From assembly GCA_937973635.1 (NCBI GenBank), contig CALJJZ010000035.1, positions 103,947 to 167,946 on the forward strand: a stretch of DNA of 64,000 nt. Direction: 5' to 3'. Made by a program: the position numbers and the translations under genes. Source of the stretch: an uncultured Bacillota bacterium. GTDB taxonomy: Bacteria > Bacillota > Dethiobacteria > DTU022 > UBA8154. A model generated the notes under the pieces. That model did not search any database. It saw nothing but the letters and a program-made list of their open reading frames with translations, and was not told the origin of the DNA. This document shows positions 1 through 9,106 of this stretch, piece after piece (the stretch's first letter is position 1; the number at the start of each line of letters is the position of its first letter).

Positions 1-495
1 GATAGCGCAAACAGGACGGTAACCTTCCCCCAGCAGCTCCGGTTTCAGCTGCAGGATATGCCTTGTTATAAAAATTTCCTGCACCACACGCGGCCCCAGG
101 GCATCGGGGGTGACATTCCAGTTGCCCAGCCCGATAACCAACACCGTATGATTGTCCTTCAAAGCAAAAAATTTTTGCAGCTCCTGGTAGAGGACCCTCA
201 CAACCTTATCCTGCAGCCGGGTATCTTTTTTGCGCAGACCCGGCACCTCAAGGGTCAGGTAGTTACCCATGGCCTTTCCCATGCGGGCTGCCGCCTGCTC
301 CGTAGTTATGGCCACGCGGTTAATGGTAATATCCCCGTCCCCTTCTTTCTCCACATTTACACCTGGAACGTCCTCGGTTTTCGTGAGAAGCTCGTGGGCT
401 TCCAGGGCCAGATCCGTGCGCACGTTTGAGCCCGGCACGTACCCCGGCCTGCTGCTGTCGTCTGTTTCCATTATCCGCTGAGTGTACATGATCAT
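1..495 (-). CDS. gpr: Germination protease GPR, 5' part (runs off the window edge; missing from the ORF track)
   Basis: Manual minus-strand translation gives ...NVRTDLALEAHE... and LVIGLGNWNVTPDALGPRVV..ITRH, both hallmark GPR motifs; lies near rpsT as in other Bacillota. Start may be 495, 489 or 471. Confidence 0.9.
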   Translation of the reverse strand, partial: MIMYTQRIMETDDSSRPGYVPGSNVRTDLALEAHELLTKTEDVPGVNVEKEGDGDITINRVAITTEQAAARMGKAMGNYLTLEVPGLRKKDTRLQDKVVRVLYQELQKFFALKDNHTVLVIGLGNWNVTPDALGPRVVQEIFITRHILQLKPELLGEGYRPVCAI

Positions 496-590
496 CCCGG
501 CAGAAAAAAGCCGGTGCCTCCCTTAGCCTGTATTCTGGGTCTAAATTTTTCTGCAGTTAGGTTAACCTAAAAAAAAGCGGGTATACGGGG

Positions 591-1703
591 CTAATCTTTG
601 ACAATAGCGGTAATAAATGTGGTGCGTTCTTCCGAGAGGTCAAGCCTGATGTCGGGACGACCGTCAATTTGAATAATGGGGCGCAGCGGTGACGCAGCAT
701 GATGGGAGACCACACAGCCTGTTTCTCCCGTACTTAAAGCCACTTTGGTGCCTACAGGGTACAAGGACATCTGCCGGATAAAAACCTTTACCTTTTCATA
801 GTCCAGATGGTCCAGGACGCTGCCCATGACTACTTCCGCCCCTTCATGGGGCAGCAGCCCCTCCCGGTAAACCCTGTCCGTTGTCAGGGCGTCGTACACG
901 TCGGCAATGGCCAGGATCCTGGCCCAGTCATGGATCTGGACTCCGGCCAAATTCTGGAAATAGCCGCTCCCGTTTATTTTTTCATGGTGCTGGCTTACGG
1001 CGGCAAGAATATTGTTATTGATACTCTTCAGGTTTTTTAAGCGTTCATAGCTATAGTAAACGTGTTTCTTCATGGTCATAAACTCCTGGTGCGTCAAAGG
1101 GCCCGGTTTATCCACTATCTCCCTGGGGATGTCCATTTTGCCGATATCATGGAGTAAGCCCGCCAGGCAGATATCCTTCAGGGCCTGGTCTTTATACCCC
1201 AGGAACTTTGCCAGAGTCGCCGCATAGATAGCCACATTGACCGAATGGGAGTAGGTGTAGTTATCAATGGCCTTCAACACCGCTATCTGCGGAAAAACGT
1301 ACGGGTCGCGGATAATCTCCTCGGAGATGTTGACCGCCGCCTCCATAATTTCTTTTACGCCCTGCTCGTCGATATTCTGGTCCTTTCTAAACAGCTTCTT
1401 GATGGTTTCAAAAGTAGCGATATATATTTTCCTAGTTTGCTCATTAATGGTCGAAGGCAGGGGGCGGATCGTGGCTCCGGCTTCCGCACCGCCAGAGGCG
1501 TCCCTATTTAACACCAGATACTGGGGATCGTTAACCACACACCTGCCTTTTACGGCAAAGGCATGGAGACGTTTCAGGTGCTGCTGGTTAATCTGCGTGC
1601 CCGCAGGGATCAAAACGGCACCTGTCTTGTCATGGATGAGGTCTTTGGCCAGGACCAGGCCGGGCACCAGCTTGCTGATTTCAATCGTAAAAGTTTTAAT
1701 CAT
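591..1703 (-). CDS. HD-GYP domain metal-dependent phosphohydrolase (putative cyclic dinucleotide phosphodiesterase)
   Basis: YTYSHSVNV, LLHDIGK, HHEKINGSGYF, IADVYDALT motifs. Confidence 0.88.
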   Translation of the reverse strand: MIKTFTIEISKLVPGLVLAKDLIHDKTGAVLIPAGTQINQQHLKRLHAFAVKGRCVVNDPQYLVLNRDASGGAEAGATIRPLPSTINEQTRKIYIATFETIKKLFRKDQNIDEQGVKEIMEAAVNISEEIIRDPYVFPQIAVLKAIDNYTYSHSVNVAIYAATLAKFLGYKDQALKDICLAGLLHDIGKMDIPREIVDKPGPLTHQEFMTMKKHVYYSYERLKNLKSINNNILAAVSQHHEKINGSGYFQNLAGVQIHDWARILAIADVYDALTTDRVYREGLLPHEGAEVVMGSVLDHLDYEKVKVFIRQMSLYPVGTKVALSTGETGCVVSHHAASPLRPIIQIDGRPDIRLDLSEERTTFITAIVKD

Positions 1704-1751
1704 AAATGAGAGTACCTGCTATTTTTTTAAAATAAATATTTCCTGGGGAAT

Positions 1752-1779
1752 ATTCTCCGGGCAACCCGCTAAATCCTGC
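1752..1779 (-). promoter_or_regulatory. SigH-type promoter for the HD-GYP gene
   Basis: Minus strand GCAGGATTT-N12-GGAGAAT matches the SigH consensus RNAGGAWWW-N11/12-RNNGAAT. Confidence 0.6.
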
Positions 1780-1868
1780 TCAAGTTTTTAAAAAAGAGAA
1801 AAGGGAATATTTTAGGCAAAGGCCGCCGGTGGGCCGGGCCGGCCGCAAACAGACCGGCTGAAAATGAA

Positions 1869-1907
1869 GAAATTCGCGACGTAGCCATGCAGCTGTCGCG
1901 AATTTTC
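1869..1907 (-). terminator. Intrinsic terminator after the membrane protein gene
   Basis: GAAATTCGCGAC...GTCGCGAATTTT inverted repeat followed on the minus strand by a U-rich tract. Confidence 0.65.
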
Positions 1908-1955
1908 AGGCTAACCACATTTTAAAAGGAGACAGGGACTTAAGGCCCGCGGCTT

Positions 1956-2300
1956 TTAACGAAGCTCGGTGGGCACAAAAAGGTCGATTACGCCGATAAC
2001 CACCGCCGCCAGTAAAGCGCCGAGGATGCTGATGCTCATACCGGGGACAATATACTGTGAAAGATAAATAACAACTGCTGCCGTTAAAAAACCGACAATC
2101 CCGCGGTTCTGCGGCGAAATCCTGCGGCCGAACAAACTTTCCACAATGTAACCCAGCACAGAGATGACCACTGCGGCAATCAGGGCCTGACCAAAGGTTA
2201 AAGCAGCAAAACCGGGAAGCAGGAAACTGACCAGCATCAACACCAGGGCGGAAACAATAAAACGGACAATCAGCCCGACCAGGGCGGAAACGCGCATCAT
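1956..2300 (-). CDS. 4-TM membrane protein, YvlD/DUF360 (phage holin family 4-like)
   Basis: Four hydrophobic helices; AGGAGGTGA RBS before ATG at 2300. Confidence 0.75.
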   Translation of the reverse strand: MMRVSALVGLIVRFIVSALVLMLVSFLLPGFAALTFGQALIAAVVISVLGYIVESLFGRRISPQNRGIVGFLTAAVVIYLSQYIVPGMSISILGALLAAVVIGVIDLFVPTELR

Positions 2301-2507
2301 TTCACCTCCTTTGCCGCACAAACGCGTTGTGCGGGTCTGTCGATCCTAAATGGTGTGGTCACTATTATGATATCCATCCGCTGTGTAAATATACCAATAT
2401 CTTTTATCCCCGCCGCCACCATGGAGGCGGCACGTTTTTTTGCCGCCGGGAGTTGCTTTTTGCCAGCAGCCGTGATAGAATAATGCCTGTTATGAGGAGG
2501 TGAAAGC

Positions 2508-2774
2508 GTGCCTAACACTAAATCAGCAATAAAAAGGACGAAGCAGGCAGAAGTACGGCGTCAACGCAACCGCCAGGTCAAATCACGCCTGAAAACGGCA
2601 ATAAAACAGTTCCTTGCAGCCGTCCAGGGGGAAGAGAGCCAGGAAGCCCAGCGCAAGTTTATCCAGGCCACCAAAGTAATTGACAAGGCGGCAGCCAAGG
2701 GCGTCCTGCACAAAAGGACCGCTGCCCGCAAAAAATCCCGCCTTGCCAGAATACTGAACAAACAGGCGGGTTGA
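2508..2774 (+). CDS. rpsT: 30S ribosomal protein S20
   Basis: MPNTKSAIKR...IDKAAAKGVLHKRTAARKKSRLA; GGAGGTGA RBS. Confidence 0.98.
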   Translation: MPNTKSAIKRTKQAEVRRQRNRQVKSRLKTAIKQFLAAVQGEESQEAQRKFIQATKVIDKAAAKGVLHKRTAARKKSRLARILNKQAG

Positions 2775-2798
2775 GAGTAAAAACTTATCCAAGGCAAA

Positions 2799-2827
2799 AA
2801 AGCCCCCTTATTATTTAAGGAGGCTTT
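2799..2827. terminator. Bidirectional intrinsic terminator between rpsT and the feo operon
   Basis: AAAGCCCCCTTA-loop-TAAGGAGGCTTT flanked by A and T tracts. Confidence 0.75.
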
Positions 2828-2835
2828 ATTATTTT

Positions 2836-3012
2836 TTATTTGTTTTTTGTGCAGGCGTCGTCTTTCTTTTCCCAGGCATAAATACTGCAGCCGGCGCAAT
2901 CAAAGCACTTCTCCACCAGGCTCATATTGCAGCGGGGGCAGCGCAGGATCTCTCTTTGGGAGAGGATGTAACCACAGCGGGGACATTTAATTTTTTTGTT
3001 TGGAGCGGCCAT
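2836..3012 (-). CDS. Unannotated 58-aa Cys-rich small protein downstream of feoB (zinc ribbon / Fe-S candidate)
   Basis: MAAPNKKIKCPRCGYILSQREILRCPRCNMSLVEKCFDCAGCSIYAWEKKDDACTKNK; GGGGGTG RBS; ends just before the terminator; below the 60-aa ORF cutoff. Confidence 0.8.
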   Translation of the reverse strand: MAAPNKKIKCPRCGYILSQREILRCPRCNMSLVEKCFDCAGCSIYAWEKKDDACTKNK

Positions 3013-3087
3013 CTTTTGACACCCCCTGGTCGCTTCAGCTTTTCTCCTTATTCTCCGTCTTATTTACCCTCACCTGACAGGCTTAGC

Positions 3088-4953
3088 TTAGAGCATCACG
3101 CGGGCCAGCAGGCCGCCTACCAGAAAGGCGGTTACAAAGGAGCCTGTCCAGATCAGCAGGCCGTCTTTTGCCCCCCGCTCCTTCAGGATTACAAGGACAG
3201 AGGCAATACAGGGGACAAAGAGCGTAATCGCAACCAGCGCCACCAGGGTTTGCCCCGGCGCCAGCGGCAGCGCGTAAAGCCCCGCCGCGCCGAAATCGCG
3301 CCTGACGATGCCCATGATAAAAGCCGTAGCCGCCTCGGACGGCAGACCCAGCCAGTCCTGCACCAGGGGGCGGGCAAGGGCCTGAATCCGATACAATATG
3401 CCTGACAGTTCCATAAAGCTGATTAGCAACGCTCCCACCGCAAAAAGGGGCGCCGCTTCTTTAAGGAAATGGACGGTACGCATATACGTTTTGCGTAAAA
3501 TATTGCCCGGCCGGGGCAAACGCAAAAGAGGCAGGTCTATGAGCAGATCGGTGGACCGCCCGGGCAGCACCTTCTCCATAACCAGGCCAAGCCCCACAAA
3601 GACGGCGCCCACAGTGGCAAGGTAGATCACCAGGTAAAGCGGGCCAAGGGGAGCAACCATGCCAAAGATAACCCCCAGCTGGGCGGAACAGGGGATAGCA
3701 ATGCCCAGCAGGGCAGTGGCAATGATCCGTTCCCGCTGGGAGCCGAGCAAACGCGTTGTAATCGTAGCCATGGTAACACAGCCAAGGCCCAGGATAATGG
3801 GTATGACGGCCCTTCCGTTCAGCCCCATTTTAACCAGGAGCCTGTCCATTAAAGTAGCCACACGGGGCAGGTAACCCGAGTCCTCCATGAGGGAAAGGCT
3901 GAAGTAAAACCCGGCCACTAGGGGCATAAGCAATCCCAGCAGGTAGACCATAGTCATGGTCAGGAGGCCGTATTCGCCCGCCAGGATGTAGGCCATCAGC
4001 GACCCCGGAGTAAAGATGCGTTCTATCAGCCTTTCCACCAGGGGCACGTAGTATCCTTCCATGACTACTTCTTCAGTAAAATCCACCACTACCTGGGCAA
4101 TAAACACACCGATAAAGTAATACATGCCTATAAGGCTGAGGATTAAAAGGGGCAGACCCGTGCTTGTGCGCAGCATCATCTGTCCCAGGCGGACAGCAAA
4201 GCCGGTGCCGGCGCTGCTTTCTTTGACTACCGCCTTTACTATCTCATTAACACGGTTACGGCGGAGCAGGTAGATCTCCTCCTGCTTCCCTGCGGCCCCT
4301 TCGGGCATCTGCGGTGGTATTTCCACAGAAGGATCCTCTTCCAGGTAAAGGAGCGCTTCCCTCGCCGAGGGGAAATAAGCCAGGAGAGGTGCCAGCAGAG
4401 CATCGACCTGACTGACCCTTTTACCCCGGGAGGCCCCGGCCAGGGCTGCCTTTACTTCCTCCAGCCCCTCTCCCCTGACAGCTACAGTAGGAATGACAGG
4501 CACTCCCAGCTCCTCTGCCAAAACCCGATGGTCGATTTCTATCCCGTTTTGCTGCGCTTCATCCACCATGTTCAGGGCCACAACCAGGGGTATGCCCATA
4601 TCAATGAGCTGCTGCGTAAGGAAAAGATCCCTTTCCAGGTGCATGGCATTTACAATATTAATAATTATATCGGCCTGCAGGATGACATCCCGGGCCACCC
4701 TCTCCTCGTCATTAAACGAAGAAACGCCGTAAATCCCGGGCGTATCCAGCAACAGGTCCTCTCCCAGCGCGCTCTGGCTGATCTCCACAGTCGTGCCGGG
4801 AAAATTGGAGACCTCTACATAACGGTTGGTTAAAGCATTAAAAATAACAGACTTTCCTACATTGGGGTTGCCGGCAAGGACAATAACCCTCTTGCCGCTT
4901 TTGCCCCCAAACTCTCTGGCCAGCTTCTTATTGTTAATCCGCGTCAGCACCAC
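3088..4953 (-). CDS. feoB: Ferrous iron transporter FeoB
   Basis: GNPNVGKS, NFPGTTV, DTPGIY G-domain plus multi-TM gate region (EDSGYLPR, GLGC, IPCSAQ, FVPCIA). Confidence 0.95.
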   Translation of the reverse strand: MVLTRINNKKLAREFGGKSGKRVIVLAGNPNVGKSVIFNALTNRYVEVSNFPGTTVEISQSALGEDLLLDTPGIYGVSSFNDEERVARDVILQADIIINIVNAMHLERDLFLTQQLIDMGIPLVVALNMVDEAQQNGIEIDHRVLAEELGVPVIPTVAVRGEGLEEVKAALAGASRGKRVSQVDALLAPLLAYFPSAREALLYLEEDPSVEIPPQMPEGAAGKQEEIYLLRRNRVNEIVKAVVKESSAGTGFAVRLGQMMLRTSTGLPLLILSLIGMYYFIGVFIAQVVVDFTEEVVMEGYYVPLVERLIERIFTPGSLMAYILAGEYGLLTMTMVYLLGLLMPLVAGFYFSLSLMEDSGYLPRVATLMDRLLVKMGLNGRAVIPIILGLGCVTMATITTRLLGSQRERIIATALLGIAIPCSAQLGVIFGMVAPLGPLYLVIYLATVGAVFVGLGLVMEKVLPGRSTDLLIDLPLLRLPRPGNILRKTYMRTVHFLKEAAPLFAVGALLISFMELSGILYRIQALARPLVQDWLGLPSEAATAFIMGIVRRDFGAAGLYALPLAPGQTLVALVAITLFVPCIASVLVILKERGAKDGLLIWTGSFVTAFLVGGLLARVML

Positions 4954-5066
4954 GGCACGTTCCCGCCTTCCCCCGACCCATCACTATCATGTTTGGCTGT
5001 GCCTATTTTTATGCCGAAAATTAATAAGTTAGAAGCCCTGAAGCCCTAATGAAGCAATAATAATGA

Positions 5067-5285
5067 TCAGGCCGGTTCTACGGTAATACGCCGCGCCAGT
5101 CCCCTGCCGATGGCCAGTTCCTGGTGCCCCCGGCGAATAACCACCGGCCCGTAAGGCAGTTTCTCGGTGCAGGTTATCTCCGTTCCTTCCGTCACGCCAA
5201 AACGGATAGCCTTAACCCGCATCTGCGGGTCTTCAATATTTTTAATAATCAATTTTTCTCCTGTTTTTGCCTGCTCCAGCGTCAT
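5067..5285 (-). CDS. feoA: Ferrous iron transport protein FeoA
   Basis: MTLEQ...RFGVTEGTEI...GPVVI...LAIGRGLARRI; GGAGG RBS before ATG 5285. Confidence 0.9.
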   Translation of the reverse strand: MTLEQAKTGEKLIIKNIEDPQMRVKAIRFGVTEGTEITCTEKLPYGPVVIRRGHQELAIGRGLARRITVEPA

Positions 5286-5375
5286 CTGATTCAAACCTCC
5301 TTCAGCAGTATATGCACACCGGAGGGATTTGGGGAAGGCCCGCCGGTTTGGAAATTGGCTTAACATTTTTAATAT

Positions 5376-5390
5376 TGATAACTATTATCA
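5376..5390. promoter_or_regulatory. Fur box upstream of feoAB
   Basis: TGATAACTATTATCA, one mismatch to the 7-1-7 TGATAATnATTATCA consensus. Confidence 0.85.
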
Positions 5391-5487
5391 GTAGTTGCGA
5401 AAAAAATAATCCAAAACCCATGCAATAACCACATACAATGAGACCTATTCTCACTTAATTAAATCTTATCCCGAAAAAGCCCCCTTG

Positions 5488-6588
5488 TCAAGGTTTTTTT
5501 CGGGCAGAAATTTTTTCCTCCAGAGGCTCGAAGACCACGCTGTAAATCAGCTGTTCCAGGGCCTCCTCGCCGGGGAGACGGCCGGTTTTAATGCGCAGAT
5601 CCACTTCTTTTAGTTCAGCAAGCAGGTACGGTAAAGAGGCGGCAGGGAAATTGGTCAACTGTTCCTGCAGCCTGGCCGCCACGAACGGGGGCACCTGCAG
5701 AGCGGCGGCCATCTTTCCGGGCGCCAGCCCCTGTTCCTGCAGGAGCCGGGCACGGTATAACAGGCGGAAATGGCGTATAATTAAAGCGAGGATACGCAGC
5801 GGCGGTTCATTCCGCCGACGTATTTTATGGAAATGGTAGAGGGCAGCCACGGCATTTTTTTTCCCCAGCTCGTCCACCAAGCTAAAAACATCGCCCTGAA
5901 GATTCTCTGAAACCAGCATCTCCACATGGGAAGATTCGATTCTCCGGCCATGCTCAAGGAAAAGGAGCAGTTTGTCCAGCTCGCGGCGCAGCAGGTCAAG
6001 GTTCTCACCGCTTCTTTCCAGGAGCAGCGCCAGTGCAGCCGCGTCTATTTCCTTGTCCCCTTTTTTCAGTTCGTCGCGTGCCCAGCGGGCCAGGGCAGCA
6101 CCCTTGAGCGGGGGGAAATCCACTAGCACCCCCTGTGCCTCCAGGTATTTAATCAGTTTCCTGCGCCTGTCCACCTCCGGCACAGAAAAGATAAGCAGCG
6201 TCTCTTCCAGCCCGGCAGCAAGAACTGAGGCCAGCCATGCTTCCGTAGGAAGATCATCCCGGGAGCCGCTTTTTCCGGGAAGAGGCTCCCCTCCATCTCC
6301 GGCAGCGGCTTTCTTCTTAGTCTCAGAGCCAAAATAGGGCGCATCTTTGACCAGCAGGACACGGCCCCGGCCAAAGATAGTGAGCTGGGCCACCTCCTGC
6401 AGCAGCTCTCTCCAGGGCACCTTTTTGCCGTCAATCCTCAGCAAATCGGGCGCAGCCCCCTTTTGAGCCAGCAGCTCCAGCATGATGCCCAGCAGCTCCT
6501 CTTTCAGCGTCTCCTCGGCGCCGACAAAAAGATAAAGGGGGCGCAGTTTTCCCTTTTTCAATTCCAGCCTGGCCTGACGATAGTCCAT
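5488..6588 (-). CDS. holA: DNA polymerase III delta subunit
   Basis: PLYLFVGAE, ELDKLLLF, VFSLVD, EPPLRIL, DLRIKTG; synteny with rpsT. Confidence 0.93.
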   Translation of the reverse strand: MDYRQARLELKKGKLRPLYLFVGAEETLKEELLGIMLELLAQKGAAPDLLRIDGKKVPWRELLQEVAQLTIFGRGRVLLVKDAPYFGSETKKKAAAGDGGEPLPGKSGSRDDLPTEAWLASVLAAGLEETLLIFSVPEVDRRRKLIKYLEAQGVLVDFPPLKGAALARWARDELKKGDKEIDAAALALLLERSGENLDLLRRELDKLLLFLEHGRRIESSHVEMLVSENLQGDVFSLVDELGKKNAVAALYHFHKIRRRNEPPLRILALIIRHFRLLYRARLLQEQGLAPGKMAAALQVPPFVAARLQEQLTNFPAASLPYLLAELKEVDLRIKTGRLPGEEALEQLIYSVVFEPLEEKISARKKP

Positions 6589-6669
6589 CTTTACCTCCTG
6601 TGGCCAAAATGCCCCGTCCTGCTTTGAGGTTAGTATTCTCCCTGTATCGCCTTTATTCCTCCTTGCCGT

Positions 6670-8388
6670 TTAATCACCTTTCCAGGAGGGGACCATACAG
6701 ACAGGGAGCTCGGCGGCACAGTCATAGTGCCCTTCTTCACCCGGCTGAGGCTGCAGCAGGGGTTCTTGCAGGGAAGCAGGAATGGAGATGCCCATGGCCA
6801 AATAAGCGCCGGCCAGGTGCTGGCGGAAAAGGACTTCAAAGGGTGCCGCCAAGTGATAGGGCATGCTGTCCACCCACCAGGTGAAATCGCTGCCTTCAGC
6901 TTTATAGATGCTGCCCATGGCCTTTTGCAGAGCATGGGGCGCAGGGGACTTTGCCGCCCACTTTTGCACAGCCTGCCGCGTTTCCAGGAGGCGATTCCAG
7001 ATCCTGTTTTTATGCTCTGTGCCAATCCAGCGTGCCAGGTTATGGTCAACCCATGAACCGGTAGCCAGGTGGGTGATCCTTCTTTTGGGCGGGTTTTCGG
7101 CCAGGTAAGCGGCCACTGTAACCGTTTTAAGATAAGGGTCGGCAGCAAGCTTGCCATAGAGGGCGTGGAGAAACTCGTTTTTCTCGCCGGCATACCACTC
7201 CCACGCGTTCTCCCCGTCCAGGGCGATGGTCACAAGGTAATTCCCGCTGCTCCCCTGCAATTTTTCCCGGATTACCTGCAGGCGGTGCACCAGATCCCCT
7301 GCTGCAGCGTGGGCCGACATATGCTGATAAACAAAGCCAATCCGGTCGGAAAGGTGATGGTCCCGGAAAATTATGGGCAGCTCCACCCCTTCACCGCAGG
7401 CCAGATAGGGCTGGTAAAGGACTTCGGGGTTCAAGACATGTCCATATCCGTCCCGGTAGATCTCCAGATCCAGGGAACGGGCCAGAATCTGTTCATCGGT
7501 AATGGTCCACTTCAGACCCAGATCCGCCAGAAGAGGGAGGGTTTCCGGGCTGACTGCCATTTCCGGCGGCCAAAAACCGCACGCTTCCGCGTCAAAGAGC
7601 CGTCGGTACTGGCTTAAAGCCATCTCCACCTGTGCCCTGGCATCTTCGGGAAAAGCAAAACGCTGCGGCAAAGCCAGGCCGGGCGTGGCGCGCAGCGCCG
7701 TGTAGTTGTCCACCAAAAGAGGGATAATGGGATGATAATAAGCTGTGGTTATGATCTCTATCTGCCCTTTTTTTTGCAGGCGGCGGTGCACAGGGATAAC
7801 GTCTTCCATCAGGGAAAAATGGTACTTCAACAATTCTTCCTTTTCCTTTTCCGAAAAGTTGCGGCCTTTAAGCTCAAGGCCATGCAAAAAAGCATCCTGT
7901 CTGCGGATCTCCGGGTCAATCCAGACCAGGTTAAACCAGACCTGCAGATCAAGGTAATCCTGCACAGTGTACCGCTGCCGCGCCCTTTCTATCTCCTCCG
8001 GCCCCGGGGCATGGAGGCCGCGTCTTTCCAGGAGCTGCCGGTAATAGGGGTATCTGGCAATTACCCGGTCATGCTGAATATCAAAATAATGGCGCAGCAG
8101 GAAAGATTGCTCTCGGGCATCAAGTTCCCGCGCCTTTTTCATTACCGCCAGGTAAAGATCTGCAGCCCCCTCCTCCAGGTAACCCTCGAGCTGCGCCAAA
8201 AGAGAAGGGCTCAAGCTGAAAGTGGCCCTGATCTCCAGGTACTGCTCCAGGAGAGAGGCCATGCGCAGATAATCCTTGGCGGCATGGAGCCTTACCCAGG
8301 GCATAATAAAAAGGCCCCGTTGCTCGTCCCGATAATAGGGCTGGTGCTGGTTCCAGACAAAGGCAACATGGAGGATTTTTTCTGTCAC
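6670..8388 (-). CDS. GH57 family glycoside hydrolase (amylopullulanase/alpha-amylase-like)
   Basis: WNQHQP, PWVRLH, GFWPPEMAVS (Glu nucleophile), ALDGENAWE (Asp acid/base), AEGSD. Confidence 0.88.
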   Translation of the reverse strand: MTEKILHVAFVWNQHQPYYRDEQRGLFIMPWVRLHAAKDYLRMASLLEQYLEIRATFSLSPSLLAQLEGYLEEGAADLYLAVMKKARELDAREQSFLLRHYFDIQHDRVIARYPYYRQLLERRGLHAPGPEEIERARQRYTVQDYLDLQVWFNLVWIDPEIRRQDAFLHGLELKGRNFSEKEKEELLKYHFSLMEDVIPVHRRLQKKGQIEIITTAYYHPIIPLLVDNYTALRATPGLALPQRFAFPEDARAQVEMALSQYRRLFDAEACGFWPPEMAVSPETLPLLADLGLKWTITDEQILARSLDLEIYRDGYGHVLNPEVLYQPYLACGEGVELPIIFRDHHLSDRIGFVYQHMSAHAAAGDLVHRLQVIREKLQGSSGNYLVTIALDGENAWEWYAGEKNEFLHALYGKLAADPYLKTVTVAAYLAENPPKRRITHLATGSWVDHNLARWIGTEHKNRIWNRLLETRQAVQKWAAKSPAPHALQKAMGSIYKAEGSDFTWWVDSMPYHLAAPFEVLFRQHLAGAYLAMGISIPASLQEPLLQPQPGEEGHYDCAAELPVCMVPSWKGD

Positions 8389-8554
8389 CTGCTTACCCTC
8401 TTTCTTATTGCGGCCATCGTTTTTTCCCCTTTGCCGAGCATACTCTAAAAAACAAACTTAGCTTTCCCTTACGGTTTTTTTTTATACTGCTCTGTGCCGC
8501 GGCTATAAATATCCTTTTTAGGGGTTATAATAGCTGCAGGGAAAAGAAAAAGGG

Positions 8555-9106
8555 GTGATTTTAAAAGTGCGTGCAAGCGCCGTCGAAGGGCTGTCCCCGG
8601 CAGAAAAGCTCCCTTTATTTTATGGAAAAGATCGGCTGATTCTGCTTACGCGGGACCCGTACTGGCTTTATACTTACTGGGAGGTTACCCCTGCCGCAAG
8701 GCAGCGCCTGGAAAAGGAAGGGCAGCGCTGCTGGGAACACCTCAGTCTGGCCCTGAGGGTAAAACGTTATGCCGACTCCGCCATGCTCAAGGAGGAGAGC
8801 TGTTACCATCTTCCCATAAACCATACTGCCGACAACTGGTGTCTAGAAGTAGGCGTGCCGGACCGTTATTACCAGGTTGAACTGGGAGCACAGGTTCCGG
8901 GAAAAGGTTTTATCGCCCTGCTTTGTTCCAATATGGTCAAAACGCCCCGCGATGAGATGAGCAGCCTCATTGATGAAAACTGGCGTCTGCCGGACTGGCA
9001 GGCAAAGCGCCTTTACCGCCGCATCACCCGGGGCAGTATCAGCTCCCTGGAAATGTCCGCGTGGGGCGGGGGCAGTATCATTCCTGAGAGGAGAGAAAAA
9101 AATTGA
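8555..9106 (+). CDS. DUF4912 domain protein
   Basis: YGKDRLILLTRDPYWLYTYWEV...SNMVKTPR; typical partner upstream of GH57 branching enzymes. Confidence 0.8.
   Translation: MILKVRASAVEGLSPAEKLPLFYGKDRLILLTRDPYWLYTYWEVTPAARQRLEKEGQRCWEHLSLALRVKRYADSAMLKEESCYHLPINHTADNWCLEVGVPDRYYQVELGAQVPGKGFIALLCSNMVKTPRDEMSSLIDENWRLPDWQAKRLYRRITRGSISSLEMSAWGGGSIIPERREKN

Noticed and set aside
557-586. SigF-like promoter / TTAGGTTAACCTAA palindrome upstream of gpr
   Set aside because: Biologically plausible, but spacing is one base off consensus, so the evidence is too weak to call.
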